In this document: piece after piece, positions 1 to 13,045 of the stretch
Position numbering within the stretch: the first letter of the stretch is position 1
How the letters are laid out: each line of letters opens with the position of its first letter
Assembly: GCF_001194135.2 (NCBI RefSeq)
Contig: NC_068981.1
Location: 69,593,211 to 69,649,518, forward strand
From: Octopus bimaculoides
Lineage: Eukaryota
DNA: 56,308 nt
Reading direction: 5' to 3'
Program-made: the position numbers and the translations under genes
Notes under the pieces: generated by a model
What the model was told of the DNA's origin: nothing
The model's input: only the letters and a program-made list of their open reading frames with translations
Database searches by the model: none

Positions 1-129
1 TATATATATATATATCATGCTAAATTCCTAATCCCAGGAGAATGGATTCATGCATGCTGCATCTACTCACCTACGGTACATATGAGATTCTGTCATGAAA
101 GTGAGTTTAATTTTCAATCTGTATATATT

Positions 130-440
130 TATATTGCCGTGGAGATCTTACTCGTAGCAACTGATAAAATACGTTTGGCAGATTATCAGGTTTGCTATAA
201 ATGTGAGGTAACCAAGTTTTTTCCTGATCTTCCCTTCTCTAACCCCGAAGTTTTTGAATCGTAATTTGAAGAGTTTCACTATTGACCTTCTATGCGTTTA
301 CTGTAATAGAGGACTATCACGTCCTCTAAATTTCTTTTTCCTCACTCCATATGTTCTCCACAATAAATAAAAATATTTTGTCAGTTGAAGAACGTGAGGC
401 ATTTATTGTATCCTTAAATTTCTGTAAAATCTCGATTGAT
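130..440 (-). mobile_element. Decayed R4/Dong-like non-LTR retrotransposon fragment (pre-RT region)
   Basis: Minus-strand frames give NQSRFYRNL, ENIWSEEKE and KTSGLEK. These resemble the region just upstream of the RT in R4/Dong elements (FYR.L ... FW..IW ... K.PG.D). Many stops and frameshifts. Confidence 0.4.
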
Positions 441-2681
441 TTTGATTGAATATCTTATTTTTTTGTTTTTTTTTTTGTTTTGGATACTCTCATTTTAAAT
501 TGTTTTTACGGAAAAAAAGTTAATATCTATTAGAGTATCATTAATTTTTACACAAGTGTTCTTTCTTTACTATCTCCAACTATGATCTCTATTTTTCTCT
601 TTATGCTAGTATCAAGTGTTTTTCACCGTTTACTTTCATGTGATAAACATCGCCACATAGCTAACAGCTTTGCTTAGACTAATGATTTTTTTTCCAATTT
701 CCCAAATCCATAATATCAGTTTTATCTATCCATATGTATGTGGTATACATATGTATCCATATGTATACGGAATATTTTGTGTTCTCTTATATATAATTTG
801 AACGACAGAAAATTCATATACATTCGTATACATTCAGCTATTCAGTTGCTATTATTTGACTATTATTTTCATGTCTTCCATTCAAAATATATGTTGTAAC
901 ATTATATTGAGCTCGATAATAATATCGTATTTACATTTTCGTAGTGTACTAAAAATATGATGCATAAAATTGAGATATTCAAAATTGAATAAGAATATAA
1001 TTAAATAAGTTATATATTATATGTAACAGACTCTATGACTAGTTCGATGTAGTCATATAATAGGTTTATGAAAATGCAACAAATTCGCTAATGAATAGTA
1101 AAAGAAAGTATTTACAGATTAACTGACGCTTATCAATAATAATAAAATAGAATACAAGAAAGATTGAGTGAAACCACATGATACAGTCAAGGTTAAATTT
1201 GTGTGAATATGCAATGTGCTAAAACAGTATAACACTCACCTCTTTGTCATTGCTATCAATCTATAAGACCTAACATGTCAGACAAAGTTATCGGAAGGAG
1301 AAAATGTCGAAGCACCTACCGTGAGTAAGTAGAAGCAATATCTCATGAAGAACTGATAGCTGTCAACAAGGAATAAGATATATTATTGAGTCGAAATTCA
1401 ATATTTCTCTGATTGATGAGGGAATAGCAAGGTGTAAATATAGGCAAATAGTGTCTCCTAGAAGTGTGCCTCGATAATTATGTGTGCTTAGATGTTAAAT
1501 GTTTAATTTAGTGAATAGATAGTTGAAATTGCACTGATTCAACTATATATCATTGTTTATTGATTGCTTCTTATTGCCAACTATTAACCTATTCCACTCA
1601 TCATTTTTCATTTACCTGAGACGTAAGTGAAGAAAATAAATCAAGTACCCTACCGTGAAAAGAATTGTTACGCCATAGGTTAGGTATTCAGTTAAACCTC
1701 TTTTCTTGTTTCAACAACATCGGGTTTTATAATTATTTGTCATATATGATCTGTGAACTCACATTCACTGTCTGAAAGTAAACTGTGTATTCTGAAGAGA
1801 TAACGATCGCTACACGATAAATAATGTCTAACATACAAGATAATTGTTCAAAGCTATATTTGAAAAGAGTTACATACTGTTTATATTGATCTTATTCCTG
1901 TCATGAGAACGATAGGAACGGAAAGGAGGCTTTGGCAACATTGTTCAGTGTAATATTGTTTTAGATACTTTTTCAGCTCAGATTAAGTTGTTTTCAAACT
2001 TGTCTTTCACAATGGAACTGTTGAATGTCTGCTGGGTTTATATTGTAATGTAGCCACATATGAGACCTGATACGTATCTTTATGAATAAAGGTATGCTAT
2101 TTATGACCCTCACATCAATTTGCAGGCACGAATATATTATCCAATGTACAATTACATTTTTTTGGAGCTGCAATTTAATCTGAAGGAAATGCGTTTGTTA
2201 TTTCTAGCAAGGCAAATGATTGCATATAATCTACCTCTCGGGGGAACATAGATTTTCCTAATGATTTATCATTACATGTTATAATCTGTCCTTAATTAAC
2301 ACCTTACTTACTGTTTCATGTTGGAATGTACAATGCCCGGATGTTTTGCTTTCTTTAAAAGACAAACAGCTTGATTTTGTGAAAGAAGTTTTATTTGTAG
2401 TTAAATTTACATGTCTCAGTCAACCACCAGTTGAAATGCGTAATACATGCTTTTCACATGGATGATTAAAAAAAATGACATTTCACCCTCCGCTCTATGA
2501 ATTTGTGCTCTGGTAATTTTTTCCATCCGGTATGCATAACTTCAGAAACATTACTGAAATTGAGCAGATCCAAATATTGTATTCTAAAGCACATACACAC
2601 TGTCACTGTTAAATCGATATAGGATTTCAATAAAGAATATTCTTTGAAAAGGAACATGAACTAAGAACACAATTTGCATGG

Positions 2682-2683
<2 letters not shown>

Positions 2684-2725
<42 letters not shown>

Positions 2726-2735
2726 NNNNNNNNNN

Positions 2736-2779
<44 letters not shown>
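2684..2779. repeat. (CT)n microsatellite with a 10-N gap
   Basis: Direct read; Ns at 2726-2735. Confidence 0.98.
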
Positions 2780-2782
<3 letters not shown>

Positions 2783-2789
2783 CAAGAGC

Positions 2790-3200
2790 TGTAAAGGTGA
2801 CGTGTTCTATGGTATATTGATTGTAATATAGAACCTTTCAGAATGCTGTTTCCTGTGGATTAGTGCCCTTGGGTATAATTGATATCATTACAGAAAGCCA
2901 CGAAACTCTCATTTTCCATAACTTCCGCATGCTTCCAAAGTTAGTCTCTAAGCCCTCAAGGAATGCTGAATGTTTTGGTGGACGTGATAGTTTAACAAGT
3001 AATTAGTTTGATCATGAAGCATTTATGACCTCATTATCATGTGGCATGATCAATCCAGATATCAGTTGAGATGTGTTAGTGAATTGTCAGGCCCGACTAT
3101 ATTCTGCATAGGTAAAAAGCATCATCCCCACTGATACTATCACCATATTCTAAGATAGGAGAATCTTTGGGGCGTCGGATAAAATGTCTCACATTGTTCA
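2790..3200 (-). mobile_element. Possible highly decayed 3' end of an RLE-type (R4/Dong-like) LINE
   Basis: Minus frames KLWKMRV, IIPKGT and IMPHDNEV loosely follow the RLE C-terminal motif order. Similarity is weak. Confidence 0.3.
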
Positions 3201-4779
3201 TACTATCTCTTTACATTCACCCTTTAGATACCACTGAGGTCAAATTGCCTTTTATTCTTTTGAGTTAAACAAAAAGTGGTTACCAAGTTGTAGTGTCAAT
3301 GTAGTTGACTAACTCCCTCTCCTTAAAATTGCTGGTTTTGTTACCTGGATTCGAAACTATTATTTTTCATATTGTAGATATACTTCCTTTCATATTCTAT
3401 ATATTCTTGCCTTTCGTTCCAATTGCATTTAGTGGAATAATAATTTAATGGAATAATAATTTTCCTGCATTTTAATTATACCTATAAAAATGGCTCATAC
3501 AGCATCTTGTCTTTTCTTCTGGCCGTACTCCCTTATTTATCGTTTATGCTTCCTAGCTCGTGTTCCCATTCATTGTTTACTGCTATTAATATATATTAGT
3601 CCATTCTCGTGTAAAACGTGTGTTTGAACATTAAAAATAAGCATCCATTAAAAAGATAAGTAATTCAACTAAGAAAATGGAGCGAACCGTTTTCGTTTTC
3701 ACTCATTCATATTCTTCAGTATCGTGAACGTTGATATATACAAGAGGAATTCATTGATAAGTCTTTAATTATTGAATGATCAGCTAATGGGGAAAGGTAC
3801 CACTTACTTCGATAAATCCTTAAGATTATTAGTCAAGAATCTTGTTTGATTGGGGCCTGGAGAAAATTCAAATAAAGTTTGTGATAGGGTCGAAAATATC
3901 TCCCTAGTATATATAACCGTTGCAAACGGATTATAGTAGTGACTCGCTCAATTCTTAACAATATATGAAGCAGCTTTCGTTTTATCAAACTATGAATAAT
4001 TAAATTATAACAGTTATTATAGTCCACTATGCATTGTTGTGCCATTCAAAACACGTTATATTTCACATCTCTCTAGTGATTTTAGTTATTTCCTATTGTT
4101 TCGCGTGCATTTTAGACGATTCATATCTCCGTTATATAGCAGATTCAGGTCATATTTCATTCAAATAAATCGAAACTGCCTTGTAAAAGTCTATCAATTC
4201 ATCAAGGATAATATTCCTAGAAACTTTTGAAAACTTGAATTCTCATATCATGCCACTGATAACAGAAAGGAAGTTGTGAAAGGGATTAAAGTTAATGAGG
4301 TCGGATATCACAGAAATTCAGGTTAACGGATCTATACTAAAGCATACAGGAATTTAGTTATAAACAAAATCTAAAAGAAAGTATAAATGTCGGTATTGGT
4401 AACGAACATTCGTAACGAAATATCCGTGAGTATGAAACTTGATTCCTATATAAAAGTATTTTCTTTCTGGCAGTATTGTCTACTGAATCTATGTTCTAAA
4501 CAAGACATTGTGGTTGATTCGGTCCAGGCCTCCATATGTATAATAAATTTGCCAGTCTTATATGACATGAAATGTCTCTAGCCACTGGCATTATCAGCAA
4601 GTGAAAGTATAAAAGACGTCAAATGTGAACAATACCGGCTAGTGCCGATTTCCACAACGGAAAGACTATGCCTGAAAAACAGATATCTATTCTCGATATG
4701 ATTTATTCACTCTAATCCACATTTTGCAACTATCTGTACACTACTAACACAGTCGTACGAGCTGATTCTTTGGGGTCAC

Positions 4780-6650
4780 GTCAATAAAGGAACAAACCTG
4801 TTGTTAACAGTTTGTGTTTTATCAAACACACGGAGAATCTATTTTGGAAAAGTTGTAGAAGCGAACGTAATTGTAAGGCATATGGTAATGACAATATATG
4901 ACGCTTTAATCATTGAATATTACTTCAGATCGCATGAAACCACTTTTGGAAATACTGTTATTTGGCTGTATATGAAAGAGATGGATTCTATCAGCTGGTC
5001 AAGCGGGCACCCTACCAAAATGTGTGTTCTGGGGCTGATGCGTCCGTGTTCATTTCCAAGCATTGAGCAAATAAACTCGAGTTTAGGATTGTTATTTCTC
5101 AAGCCGTCAATTTGTCAGTATAGCGCTTGTATGCCTTTCTGAAATGTAAATATTCCAGCTGGCGTCTAGAGTCTATCTCTTCCACAATTCTGCGTGCGTT
5201 CTGTCAACAATTATATGTTATTGAAATACTGAGGTGAAAATATTTGACTCAACCAGGATATTTGCTAAGTGTTGAAAGCGAATACTTGACCAATATCCCG
5301 CTGAAGCCAGATTTGCCACCGAAATGCTTTATGGCGTAACATCTGAATTTGACGCTGAGAAGAGAAATTACTGGTGGTATTCTATTGTTGCGTTTCTCGA
5401 ACGAGGTAACCGTTGACAAGCTTCAGTATGTTTACTAAATCTCAGACCAAAATATTTAACTCTGCTTCCATAAAGGGTCATGTTTCTGAAGGCGTATTTT
5501 CGGAACTCTTTTTGCGACTCCGTTTGCAATTGAGGTGTCACTGACTTATTGACACTATAAGGATTGTTCTCCATCTGTTCTCGTTGCAACGAGCGATAAG
5601 CCAGAATTTAACAAGTCCAGCATATGAGCATAGAACTCATAGTCCATTCCTTCAAAACGCGACTATTTCTCCCTTACACAACGGCTCAACGAATTCGATT
5701 CTTCGTTCATTTAACACGAATGTTCATATTACTTTCCCTTCGTTCAAGATTAGATGACGTATACACCCAAACTCATCATCTACAGTCTAGAGTTCACTGA
5801 GATCAGTTTGAAATATGATACGGGCTAAATACCCAACTTTGTTTAGAAGTGGTGCACACTTTTTAGGTGCAATACCTTGGGCATGTAATTGTGCTCCTCT
5901 GCTTCGTATTTCAGTATTGGCCTTTCATAGACTTCTACGTGTTCAAAGTGTACGGGAGCCATTTTTGTTGTTAGAAATTCGTTCGTGAAACCCTCGATAC
6001 ATGCATGGTCTAAACATCTAACCAATCTTGTCCCTTCTCTCATATTTTCTGTGGCTTTGTCTCTGCTGAAGCAAATTTCCAATGTACAATTTAGCGGAGT
6101 CACGGTCAGCTTCTGCTGACTTCTGCTGACTTCTGCTGACTGCAGTTAACTGATCTTATTCCTTAAATCCTCTCACATTGAAAGGGGATCTAGCTGATCC
6201 AAGTTGTTGGTCCATGGCTGTCTTTACTAAGTTAATAGTAGAGATACAAAAAACTGCGGTTACTTGTTGGCAGATGTCTGGAAGTGTGAATAATGTACGC
6301 TCATATAAATTCTACTAACGTGAGGAATATCCTATGCCCGGAAAGAAATGCTTCATCACATATATATTCATATTGGTGCATGGGAGATTAAATTAGATAA
6401 AAGTACGCAAGGACATTTGTTAATCATTTGCACTCACACTCCTTTTGGTGAATCCCAAACAAACAGTACGGGTGTCGAAAATGCCTTTCCAATTGCTCAT
6501 ATAACTGATCCACTGATCCAGCTTATCGCGGAAAAATCTCCAGGCGACTAAAGAAATATATTTTCCCAGCTGAATTCGAGGTATAACTTTCCTGAAATAT
6601 GCAGTTAATGCCTCCGGGCTCACCATTCTTAGCAGCCTAGAGGGCTACAT
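4780..6650 (-). mobile_element. Old Tx1-like (L1 clade) ORF2 remnant: endonuclease to RT
   Basis: Motifs in collinear order on the minus strand: FFRDKLD...SNWKGIFD (EN, cf. GDWNA.LD), LSRCVREK*SRFEGMDYEFYAHM (cf. K.SPGLDGLPYELY), FRNMTL (cf. FRPITL), LGNEHGR..ILVG..D and WFHADLK (cf. LGTWRGK..VVG, WFGPDLQ), VPLL. This parallels the better-preserved copy at 50675-54560. Confidence 0.6.
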
Positions 6651-7099
6651 GTAATACCATCTGTCTCATGGTTCATGTCAACGAAGTAATTGTAGTTGCC
6701 AAAAGTATTGCTCTAATCAAAAAGTATTGCTCTAATGTTCCCAGTAGAGATTGGAGAGGGTTTGCACACTAATACCTGTGCTGCTGTTAATATATTTCAT
6801 TTGCTTATTTCAGACAACACAAGAAACATATCCATACTTCGAAGAACTTTGTAATAGGTGCGTTCACCATTGAAATATGTCAAACTTATTCCATGTGTAA
6901 TTCTTATTTTGCTGTCAGTTTTGTGTTGTCTCACTTCTTGTACTTCCTACTGTTGAGTCGCTTCTATTGTTACATTCGTTATAGGATACTTTTTTTTCCT
7001 TGATTTTGCTGTTTGTTTATGTAGTTGGTGTTGCTCTTTTGGATTTTCCTATTTTTTGTTACCTCTTTTGTACTGGTTAGATAAGTTTTTTTCAATATA

Positions 7100-7156
7100 C
7101 CTCACGGGACGTTAAAAAAAAAAGATTTGGGTTTTAGGGATCAGGGTACTGAAATA

Positions 7157-7210
<54 letters not shown>

Positions 7211-7395
7211 ATGTATAGGTATATATGTGTGTTTATGTTTGTGTTTGTTATCCACCGTCACTTGACAACCGGTGTTGGTCTGTTTGCATTCCCGTTCGGC
7301 AGAAACAGTATAAATGCCATACTTAAAAATAAGTGCTTTAATATAGTGACCCAGCATGGCCGGAACTTAATGATTGAAACAGAAAGAAAAGGCAA
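7100..7395 (+). mobile_element. Diverged copy of the microsatellite-containing SINE
   Basis: After a (TG)n tract (7160-7209): gtgtttg..cacttgacaaccggtgttgg..gttcggcagaa..ccagcatggcc..atgattgaaaca. This is collinear with 35520-35705. Confidence 0.75.
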
Positions 7396-9329
7396 AATAT
7401 ATTTCCAGTGAATGGTCGATAAGTAAATTATATTAAGGTTTAACGTAGGTGTTTTTCTTCCTTGGGAATATGATTGACATAGAGAAAGTTCTCAATCACT
7501 CAGACACCTCATTCTGTATAACGTTTGCTGTCATACGAATCAACATACGCACATCTCCCACCATATACACGCGCATGCGTGCGCACGCCAACACACACAA
7601 ATTCCGAAGCATTTCACTATAGGACTAGATAGATTAATGCATTAGCTTTACCGCGTGCTGCAGGTAGCATTTCTAAAGCAACCGTCAAGAGTCCAATAAT
7701 AGAGAAGTGAATCTCCATGTATAACACGCAAAGTTAGATAAATATATGCCTATATTGTCACCGCAGTGTATATAGAAATTCGAAAACAAGAAGCTGGGAT
7801 ACTTAAATATCTCAAAGATGTATTTCTCGGTACAGAGACAGGCTTTTGTTTTTGCGTGGTCACTAAAGTAATCCGAAATAATATCATAAATAAACTCGGA
7901 CAACACATTCTATTCTATCAAAGAAGAAATGAAAAAGGCATTTCTTCATTTTGCATGGGTATTCAATTACACATCAACGCGATAACGTTAAACATTTACT
8001 GTTTGTAAATGTATACTGTAATGTGAATTTCAATGTATCGAACACACGCTGTGTGCTGCTTCAGTAATAAAAGTATCTTCTGTGATAGTTTACTGGTTTA
8101 AAACTTGTATAATTATAACTATTTTGGCTTTTATCTCACTGATGTAATTTTGCTGCAGAGTTATATCTGTAAGTGACACTGGAAATGATTTTATGAGAAT
8201 TTGACATGTCTTATGCGATGTTCACATGTTATCATTACCAGTATTATGGATGCTTGGTCTAGAATTTTAATACTAAAGAATCATTTACATAACTGAAATA
8301 AGTCTCGTAGTTAGTTTTGATTTTCCTCAACATCAGTTTCTTTTCAGCTACGGTTAAAGCTAATTTCCTTTAGTGTAGACAGAAAATGTGAAATCGTTGC
8401 TGATGAATTTAGCTAACACATTAATAACGTAGGAGAAATAGAATTAAAACGGAATTACTTCCTTTTCCATTTACCAGAAAGTTACCTAAGAGTGTATTGT
8501 TTTTCAGAGATTGTTAAACAAAATGAAATACTAATTCATCAAAAATGTTTATAATCGTATCAACTATTTAATATATGCAAGTGGGATCCGTTAGAAAGTT
8601 AGAAACCAAAATTCTAATTATAAGTGTTATTTGAAATTTTCCATAAAATCTATTTTATTTTAAAATCGTATGACATTTCATAATATACTGATTAATTAGA
8701 TGATTGGTTTTCAAAGTAATTATTGTTGCACATTTATGGCAAAAATTTAATAGATATTTTACTGCTCGTTTAAGAAAAAATGAGATTGCATTTTTATTAG
8801 TGAATAAGGTAAAATAGTTATTCGATAAAATCTACGAAATGTGTAAGAATATTTTTAAAGTCATTGATACCAATGAAAAAGACTTGATCTAACAAGTTTT
8901 TCTCACGGAAAAGTGTTTTTAAAATTGTTTTTCCGAGCAGAATTATATGAATATTAGTTTCAGATTTTGTCGTATAGACACATTAACGTCGGTTTAAGAG
9001 TTACTACGAATTTAGTGTTTCTTCTTACACCATTATTGGCACCGGGTGAGAAAATTACATTATAGGCCATTAATACATATCAAATGAATATAAAACTTTT
9101 GCATAAAATACACTGTTTTAGTGACTTAGCGTCTTTTGTTTTATATATATTTGGTTATTGTATTTTACATGAAATCATAAGTGGTTTTTGGTCATGCATT
9201 TGTCCAATATAAATTTGTGCGAACATATATTGTGTGAATATATTTTCACACATTACTATATATTAATTTGTGTTGTATTGTATCGCTTCTTTTATTTTTT
9301 AAGTTCACAAAACGTTTGCAAGTCGAAAG

Positions 9330-9641
9330 TTATGATATTTCCAAATCAATCGGACAATCACTAAATTTAGTGGCTTTATACTTTTTGTATGATTGTTTCA
9401 ATAAAATTTTCTTTCGTAGATTTGTATTATCAATTTTACGAACAGCTTTACTCCGAGTTGATTTACGTTTCAGTTCTCGTAATTTCTCTCGTGTTAATTT
9501 TAAAAACATCTGCCTTTGATGCTTTTGCAGCTGGCGTAATTTTCTGATAAATCGTCGCTCTCGTGTGAGAAATTTTAGATTTAAATGCGCCTTCTTCATT
9601 TCCCTTTGAAAACACAAACAAAGTTTCTTCCATAATGTTAC
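9330..9641 (-). CDS. Candidate terminal coding exon, 103 aa, very Lys/Arg-rich, unidentified
   Basis: T-rich tract and TTTTCAG acceptor ending at 9642; stop-free phase-0 frame VTLWKKLCLCFQREMKKAHL...DCPIDLEIS*; AATAAA about 35 nt after the stop (9291-9296). Non-repetitive. No upstream exon in a compatible phase was found. Confidence 0.45.
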   Translation of the reverse strand, partial: VTLWKKLCLCFQREMKKAHLNLKFLTRERRFIRKLRQLQKHQRQMFLKLTREKLRELKRKSTRSKAVRKIDNTNLRKKILLKQSYKKYKATKFSDCPIDLEIS

Positions 9642-10469
9642 CTGAAAATAAATATAAATAAATAATATAAACATTAAGTTTAGTGATAATTCAAATAAGA
9701 TTTTATATTTAAAAGAAGCCATATATCGTGTATAAAATGGCTACTGGATATGCGATTCCTCGTGCGCACAAATATAACTTCGTCCGTGTAATTATATCTG
9801 CACGTTAAGGCCTCTTTACCTGTTTTGATTATGTATATTTTATGCATATGTATAGACACACATATACAAACTTCCACCAAAATTCTCTCCTACCTTGTAT
9901 TGAGGGATACATGACGGGAGATTTCTCTGACTCCTTTACGTTTCATCTATCGAAACTCAAATTTCTGTGGGAATACAATTGCTACAACTACAAATTTATT
10001 TCCACCAAGCATTAGTATATCAACAAATTTCATTTTAAATTAAATTTCATCATCAGAATTAGCAAAATAATTAGATAATAATTAGAGAAAGTATGTCTCA
10101 TACTTAACTGGTAAATTCCAGTTAACAACTGAAACTACATGATGTTGTCATTAAGAATGACGTTTTAGTGTGTATGTAGCATTAGCATTGCTCAACATGT
10201 AAGGCAATTAACATAAAAAGAGATATTTTGCATGCTTATTTATCTTAGATAGTCTATGACATTTTATAATTATCATACGACCATGAATTCGCAGTTGGCA
10301 CTAGCATTGAGCATTTGAATATAACATAGTCATGAAGCACTTTTCGAATCTAATCTTTGTGGACTTTTAGATATATGTATGGCATAATAGTGGTGCTCTT
10401 TCTACACATACATTTTAGCATGATGCTAAATACGTCTCTACAACTTGGTCCCCAAAGAAAGTGCTATAT

Positions 10470-10567
10470 ATATGTGTGTGTGTGCGTGTGTATGTGTGTG
10501 GGCGTGTGGGTATGTGTGGGTGTGGGTGTGTGTGTGTGTGTGTGTGAGTGTGTGCGTGTGTGTGTGT
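10470..10567. repeat. Imperfect (TG)n microsatellite
   Basis: Direct read. Confidence 0.97.
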
Positions 10568-10599
10568 ACGTCCGAATGGAAACCTGAGAAATCTATCTG

Positions 10600-12960
10600 T
10601 TTACAATCATGCAATATACATTGTACTGAGAGGCACATCTGCTGTCTGCAGACATAGGTAATGCCCCAGTGTATGCTGTGTTCTGTACAATGAGAAGAGA
10701 AAACCTCACTGTAGATTTGCGTTATACATCCTGGAAGATACCACACGACCAACCCTGATGACACATTGAGATTCCGCATAAGACATAGTCATAGTGCATT
10801 TAAAGCAACTTAATGACAGCGAAAAATCCCTCGTGAAAGAGATGGAAAATATATTCAGACTCAACAACAAAAAAGAAAAGGTAAAGGTAAAAAGAGTAAC
10901 TGGGTCAGTGTAAAATAATAAAAATGAATCTTAGAGCCTTCTACAGGTTTAAAAAGAAATGGCCTGCGTACAAATACATGGTAAGCTAACTAACTACGGA
11001 TCCCAGGAAGATATTGAAGTGTTAAATAAATAATTTCAAAATGTGTTTACCTATCCACTAGTACATATGATAAGTTTCAAACACCGTATATCTCCATGGA
11101 AAAAAGCCAACCATAGATTAAATTGATTTAAATTTGAAGATATAATGTTTGCCATTAATAAGATGCACCCGAACTTAGGAACGGGTCCAGGACTATTTCT
11201 GGCTGTCCGTGTAAAGTCTTACAGGAAAGCCCAATCAAAATTAATGCAGATACAATTTTCAGAATTTCTTTACATGTGGAAAACTCTCCAATAACGAGAA
11301 AAGACGGTATAATATGCCCTGCCCATAAAGGGAAAAGCAGAGCAGATGCCAAAAATTTCTGGTTGATCTTCAAATGCTAGCAAGGTGAAGGAATGCATTC
11401 TCAGACGGAGGTCGATCTTGGAAGAAAGTAACTTGCTCACAAACGTGCAACAAAACTTACGTCCACGGAGGAGCTGCTTCATAGAGCATCTACAGCATTA
11501 TGATTGGGTACTCAAACAGCAGCTCAACCACTCAAATGCGGATGTGATGTCCTTTGCTAAGGACATCGGCAATGTTGAACATAGGATGATACAACTCAAA
11601 ATGTGAGACCTTGGTATCACTGTTAACCAAGTTAAATGTCTGTATCACATTTTTAAAGGCAAAAATCAGGCAGTGCTTTCTCTATGGAGTGGGAGGCATC
11701 ATCTCTCAGCTAAGTCTTTCAAGGAACTGTATAAGGGCAGCTACTGTTCGTTGAGTCGCTCTCTCAGAATGCTGTCAATCGTGTAGTCAGCCATTCTTAA
11801 TAGCTATGCTGATGAAGCAAACCTTTCACAGGTAGTCAAGCCCGATGACTTAAAGAATAAAAACAACAGCAAAAAAAACTGAATGCAGTATAGAGGTGGG
11901 TTGATGAAAACAACAAGCACTTCAATGCTGAAAAATTTCAAGCACTGCATTACCGACAAACACACAGACCACAAATGGAAAACACTCTACCAGGATGTAT
12001 TACAATCCCAGACTAAGTGTCGGTGTGTGACCTAGCAATATTCCATGTGCATATTTATATCTCTATTGCTCACAAGGGGCTAAACATAGAGAAGACAGAC
12101 AGAGTGATTAAATCGATTACATCAAACCCAGTGCATAACTGGTACTTATTTAATCGACCCCGAGAGGCTGAATAGCAAAGTCAACCTCGGTGGTATTTGA
12201 ACTCAGAACGTAAAAACGACAAAATACCGCTAAACATTTCGCCCAGCGTGCTAACCTTTCTGCCAGCTCACCTTTTCTCCATGTACATAATATTACCAGG
12301 ATGACAACACTCTACTGGCGAGGAGCTGGATGCATTCCGAGATCATTCTAAACTTAGAAAAAAGTATACCATGCTACTAAATTGGACGATTATGCTCTCA
12401 GTCTTCTGGATTATAAATCCCAACTGTTGTACGCACAGAGCGTCAAATTGGTGGTGGAACTAGAGGCAATCGAGTGACACTACACAAAAAGACACTTGAG
12501 TCGGTAAAACAGATACACTACCGAAAGTGGATAAAGGAATTGAAGCTCTACTCACTAGAGAAAAGACGTTAAAAATAAGCAATGATAAAACATATCAAAG
12601 ATCCTGGAGGTTCTAGCTCAAAGCATTGAAAATGGAAGCTGTACCAACCAACGAAATGGACAGTACTGCATATTAGCACAGTACCTGTCTTCTCAATGTA
12701 GAATAAAGACCAAGCACTGTAACATATAGTTTCAGAGAGTACACATCTATTCAAAATTCTGCCAAGCAGCATTAGAGTTTTACGCGGTTTTGATGCGGCA
12801 GTCATCAAACAGCGTCTGAGAAAATTTTTATCTGAAATACCACATGAACCCACATCGTATTTCGATGTGTGCTCATTTCGACGTGCAGTACAAAGAAGTG
12901 TAGCTCTCACCAGAAATTGTACAGGAATAATCACACTGCAATGCGGTGCACTATCACGGC
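10600..12960 (+). mobile_element. CR1/L2-group LINE ORF2 remnant (RT and C-terminus), interrupted by a SINE
   Basis: ORF 11385-11606 LEESNLLTNVQQNLRPRRSC..HYDWVL..NADVMSFAK matches CR1-type RT domains 2-3; SYADE at 11802-11816 (YADD site); NAEKFQAL. After the SINE: ELKLYSLEKR, NQRNGQYC, LFKILPSSIR, EIPHEP, the typical CR1 C-terminus. Confidence 0.85.
12054..12277 (-). mobile_element. tRNA-derived SINE with 12-bp target-site duplication
   Basis: Minus strand head GAGCTGGCAGAAAGGTTAGCAC, box-B-like GAGTTCAAATACC, central ..CTCTCGGGGTCGATTAAATAAGTACCAG. Flanks TCCATGTGCATA (12042-12053) and TCCATGTACATA (12278-12289). Confidence 0.9.
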
Positions 12961-13045
12961 CTCAGCCTCTGGGGGAAAAGACCAGTAACATAATATTTGT
13001 ATACATTTCTCTCTATCTCTTTCTCATTCTCTCCTTACATATATA

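Noticed and set aside
1268-1320. Possible micro-exon with ACC|GTGAGT donor (similar case at 36306-36340)
   Set aside because: Splice-like signals alone are frequent by chance; no homology or partner exon.
4920-5102. HILVGCP read as an R2/R4 CCHC zinc knuckle
   Set aside because: The flanking motifs fit the post-RT region of a Tx1-like ORF2 better, and the upstream C-x2-C is absent.
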